A stretch of 20,573 nt of DNA, taken from the NCBI GenBank assembly GCA_964499705.1, contig CAZCME010000021.1, positions 62,001-82,573 of the forward strand, written 5' to 3'. Under the pieces are notes generated by a model that was given only the letters and a program-made list of their open reading frames with translations, was not told where the DNA came from and did not search any database. The stretch's first letter is position 1, and each line of letters starts with the position of its first letter. The stretch comes from an uncultured bacterium (GTDB taxonomy: Bacteria > UBA8481). Both the position numbers and the translations under genes were made by a program. Positions 18,154 to 20,573 of this stretch are shown here, piece by piece.

Positions 18154-19326
18154 ATGCCCGCCGGGTCGTCAAAGCTTGCGCCGCGGATCGAGTCCGCAAA
18201 ATTGAAGATCACCTATGTCTGCAATTATCGCTGCGTGATGTGTTCCTACTGGAAGAGCAAGGGGCAGGGAGAATTGTCGACCGGCGAGTGGCGGGATGTC
18301 ATTACGGACCTCGCCGACATGGGCTGCGGGAAGGTGCATTTCTCGGGAGGCGAACCGACGGCGCGGCGGGACTGGCTCGAGTTGGTCGCGCACGCCGCCG
18401 GGCTCGGAATCCGGGTGGCGATGACGACGAACGGATCGCTCATGACGAGCGCGGACCTCGACGAACTCTTCCGCCTGCGCGTTCGATCGCTCTCTCTTTC
18501 CTTCGACGGACCGAACTCCAGGATCCACGATGCGATCCGCGGTCGTCGAGGCGCCTTCCGCGACAATGTCGCGCTCGCGGAGGAAATCCTCCGGATGAAC
18601 GGGAAGGCGAGGCGTCGGCTGCGTCTTCGCGTCAACGTCGTCGTCCAGGCGAAGAATTACCGCAAGGTGCCGGACATGATTCGCCTGGGCCACAGGCTCG
18701 GAGCGGAAGACGTCATCCTCATGCCCGTGGACGCGAAATCGGCGTATGCGGAACCCGGAGCGGCGCTCTCGGAAGGGCGCGAACCGCTCCGCCTGTCCCC
18801 GGCCCAGGTGACGGAATACAACAGGTCGATCCGCCCCGTCGTCCGGCTGTTGAGGCGGGAGCTGGGATTCCGGACGAACCGGGAGAGCTGGGACATTTTC
18901 GGGGGCGATTCGGATGCGTCGGCGCGAGGTGAATACGCGGCGGGATTCTACCGGGATCATGTCTGTTTCATCCCGTGGCTGCATACCTTCGTCGGAGCCC
19001 GAGGCGACGTATATCTCTGTTGCATGACGCACAACAACATTGAGCCTCTCGGGAACGTCAGGAAGGATTCGATCCGCGATATCTTTCTCGGGAAGAAATA
19101 CGACGCGACGAGGTCGTCATTTCTCCGGAATCGGTTAGCGATCTGCGGCCGGTGCGACCAGTATCTCGCGGAAAACCGTGCGTGGGCGCGGGAGTTCGGG
19201 ATTCAGGATCCGTCGAAGTCGGTAGGATCGTCTCCTTCGCCCGGGACGCCCGTGCGGCCGGGTGCGCCCGGATCGTCGCGGCGGTCGAAGGCGGACCGGT
19301 CGGAAGGCGTGAAGGAAGAGTCGTAG
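18154..19326 (+). CDS. Radical SAM protein with C-terminal SPASM/twitch domain
   Basis: CNYRCVMC (CxxxCxxC), HFSGGEP, MTTNGS, SLSFDG..HDAIRG; C-terminal CFIPW...GDVYLCC...LGNV...SIRDIF...CGRC. Confidence 0.92.
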   Translation: MPAGSSKLAPRIESAKLKITYVCNYRCVMCSYWKSKGQGELSTGEWRDVITDLADMGCGKVHFSGGEPTARRDWLELVAHAAGLGIRVAMTTNGSLMTSADLDELFRLRVRSLSLSFDGPNSRIHDAIRGRRGAFRDNVALAEEILRMNGKARRRLRLRVNVVVQAKNYRKVPDMIRLGHRLGAEDVILMPVDAKSAYAEPGAALSEGREPLRLSPAQVTEYNRSIRPVVRLLRRELGFRTNRESWDIFGGDSDASARGEYAAGFYRDHVCFIPWLHTFVGARGDVYLCCMTHNNIEPLGNVRKDSIRDIFLGKKYDATRSSFLRNRLAICGRCDQYLAENRAWAREFGIQDPSKSVGSSPSPGTPVRPGAPGSSRRSKADRSEGVKEES

Positions 19327-19595
19327 TACGGATCGTACGACGAATAGTAATATTGATGATATAAGTAAGGATCGTAATAATCGTAATTCGATCGGCGGCT
19401 GTTGACGCGGGCATTCTCCCCGTCGCGATCGGGAAGCGCCATTGCCTCCTTGTAGCAGGCGATGCAGACGAGCTGGGCTTCGAGCAGTCGCTGATGATCG
19501 GAGCAGATCGGTTTGCGACACTTCATGCATTCGCCCGATGCGGCGTGCGAACACGCGGACCGGATCAGGAATCCCGCCGTTTCGGCGCATTTCAT
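19203..19595 (-). CDS. Small protein with N-terminal B-box-like Zn finger, Tyr-rich tract and acidic tail
   Basis: C3, C15, H17, CMKC-x4-CSDH...CIAC; then YDYYDPYLYHQYYYSSYDPYY; ends EGDDPTDFDGS. ATG lies 1 nt after the upstream stop (TGACATG). Confidence 0.75.
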   Translation of the reverse strand: MKCAETAGFLIRSACSHAASGECMKCRKPICSDHQRLLEAQLVCIACYKEAMALPDRDGENARVNSRRSNYDYYDPYLYHQYYYSSYDPYYDSSFTPSDRSAFDRRDDPGAPGRTGVPGEGDDPTDFDGS

Positions 19596-19596
19596 G

Positions 19597-20538
19597 TCAG
19601 GCGGCCTTCAGCGTGGCGTGCAGTTCGACGAGGAGCTGGAGAATCTCCCGATCGCCGGGCGGTTCGACCTTGCCGTCCAGGGCATACTGCGTCTTCTTCC
19701 GCTTGAAGATGAGCGCGACGGAGGTGCTCGATCCGGCCAGTGATGCGCGGATCACGTGGCCCTCGTGTTCCACGTGCGTGTAAAGGGGACCGTCCTGCTT
19801 CCATCCGGCCCGCGCAAGACTCTCTTCAAGGCGGGGAAGCGCGGTCGGGAACTTCAGCTTTATGGAGACGCGGTCGAGCGTCTTCTCCTTCGTCTTGACC
19901 TTGTATTTACCACGGCCGTTCCAGCCCTTGATCGTGACCGACTTCAGGATGCGCGTCGTCTGGATTCTGAACTTGGTGTCGTCCTTCAGCTCGCCCGCCA
20001 CCGAGAACCAGGGCTGGAGAAAGACATCCATGCTGCGCTTTGCTCCGCGCGCGTTCGGCGGAAGAGCCACGCCCTTCTGGATGCGGAACGCGGACGAATT
20101 CGTCTCCGTGAAATTCACCGTGAGCGCGATGGGTCGGGCGTCGTCGATGTCGACGCCGAGCGTATTGAGGACGGCGTAAGCGAGGTAGTAGCGGCCGTTC
20201 TCGATGTTCTGGCGCGACCACCGCGCGGCGGCGACGGCGAATCCGATCATCAGGACGAAGGCGGCGGCGAGGCAGGCGAGAAAGCCGGTCGACGTGCCCT
20301 GACGCGGGGAGTAACCGCCCGAGTTGGAGATCAGGATCGTGCCGACGATGCCGAGGAAGAGGACGAGCACCATCCAGTTCCGCGCCTGTTCATGCCGCTT
20401 CTGGTATTCCTCCGCGATGACGTCGGCCTGCTCGAGAGCGAGAAGCCGCTCGCGGAGCTGCGCCTTCGGGCCGGTGACGGAGAGAACACGGTCGGGCCCC
20501 AGGAGCGTGAGCGTGGCGGGTAAGGAGATTGCGCACAT
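19597..20538 (-). CDS. Hypothetical membrane protein (two TM helices plus basic soluble domain)
   Basis: 313-aa ORF with GC-rich third positions; hydrophobic segments WMVLVLFLGIVGTILI and GFLACLAAAFVLMIGFAVAAA; Lys-rich NGRGKYKVKTKEK segment. Start codon uncertain. Confidence 0.75.
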   Translation of the reverse strand: MCAISLPATLTLLGPDRVLSVTGPKAQLRERLLALEQADVIAEEYQKRHEQARNWMVLVLFLGIVGTILISNSGGYSPRQGTSTGFLACLAAAFVLMIGFAVAAARWSRQNIENGRYYLAYAVLNTLGVDIDDARPIALTVNFTETNSSAFRIQKGVALPPNARGAKRSMDVFLQPWFSVAGELKDDTKFRIQTTRILKSVTIKGWNGRGKYKVKTKEKTLDRVSIKLKFPTALPRLEESLARAGWKQDGPLYTHVEHEGHVIRASLAGSSTSVALIFKRKKTQYALDGKVEPPGDREILQLLVELHATLKAA

Positions 20539-20573
20539 CGATGGAGACGCGATAATACGGTCCGATCATGACA

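Overview
GC-rich bacterial chromosomal segment. It mixes housekeeping genes (partial M14/aspartoacylase-like hydrolase, P-II glnB, a methyltransferase-MBL hydrolase-xerD operon, an FAH-family hydrolase, the aceE-aceF-lpdA pyruvate dehydrogenase operon) with two accessory zones. Zone 1 (about 3.3-5.6 kb, partly AT-richer) holds a single-domain aspartic protease, a frameshift-split membrane protein ending in a GspG/pilin-like head, and a doubly frameshifted acyl carrier protein. Zone 2 (14.1-20.5 kb) holds a GT4 glycosyltransferase, a membrane-anchored ankyrin protein, a complete IS1380-family element (17-bp IRs, CAGAGA duplication, transposase with one premature TAA) inside an inverted heptamer-repeat element, a radical SAM/SPASM enzyme, and a convergent pair encoding a two-TM protein and a small Zn-finger protein with 11 Tyr in 21 residues. 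The rSAM/Tyr-rich protein/GT4 neighbourhood is the best candidate for an undescribed system, but the link is inferred from proximity only. Four genes appear to be transcribed as leaderless mRNAs, and several intergenic gaps carry tandem-repeat hairpins. No rRNA, tRNA or CRISPR array was seen. All calls come from reading motifs by eye; no database search was run.
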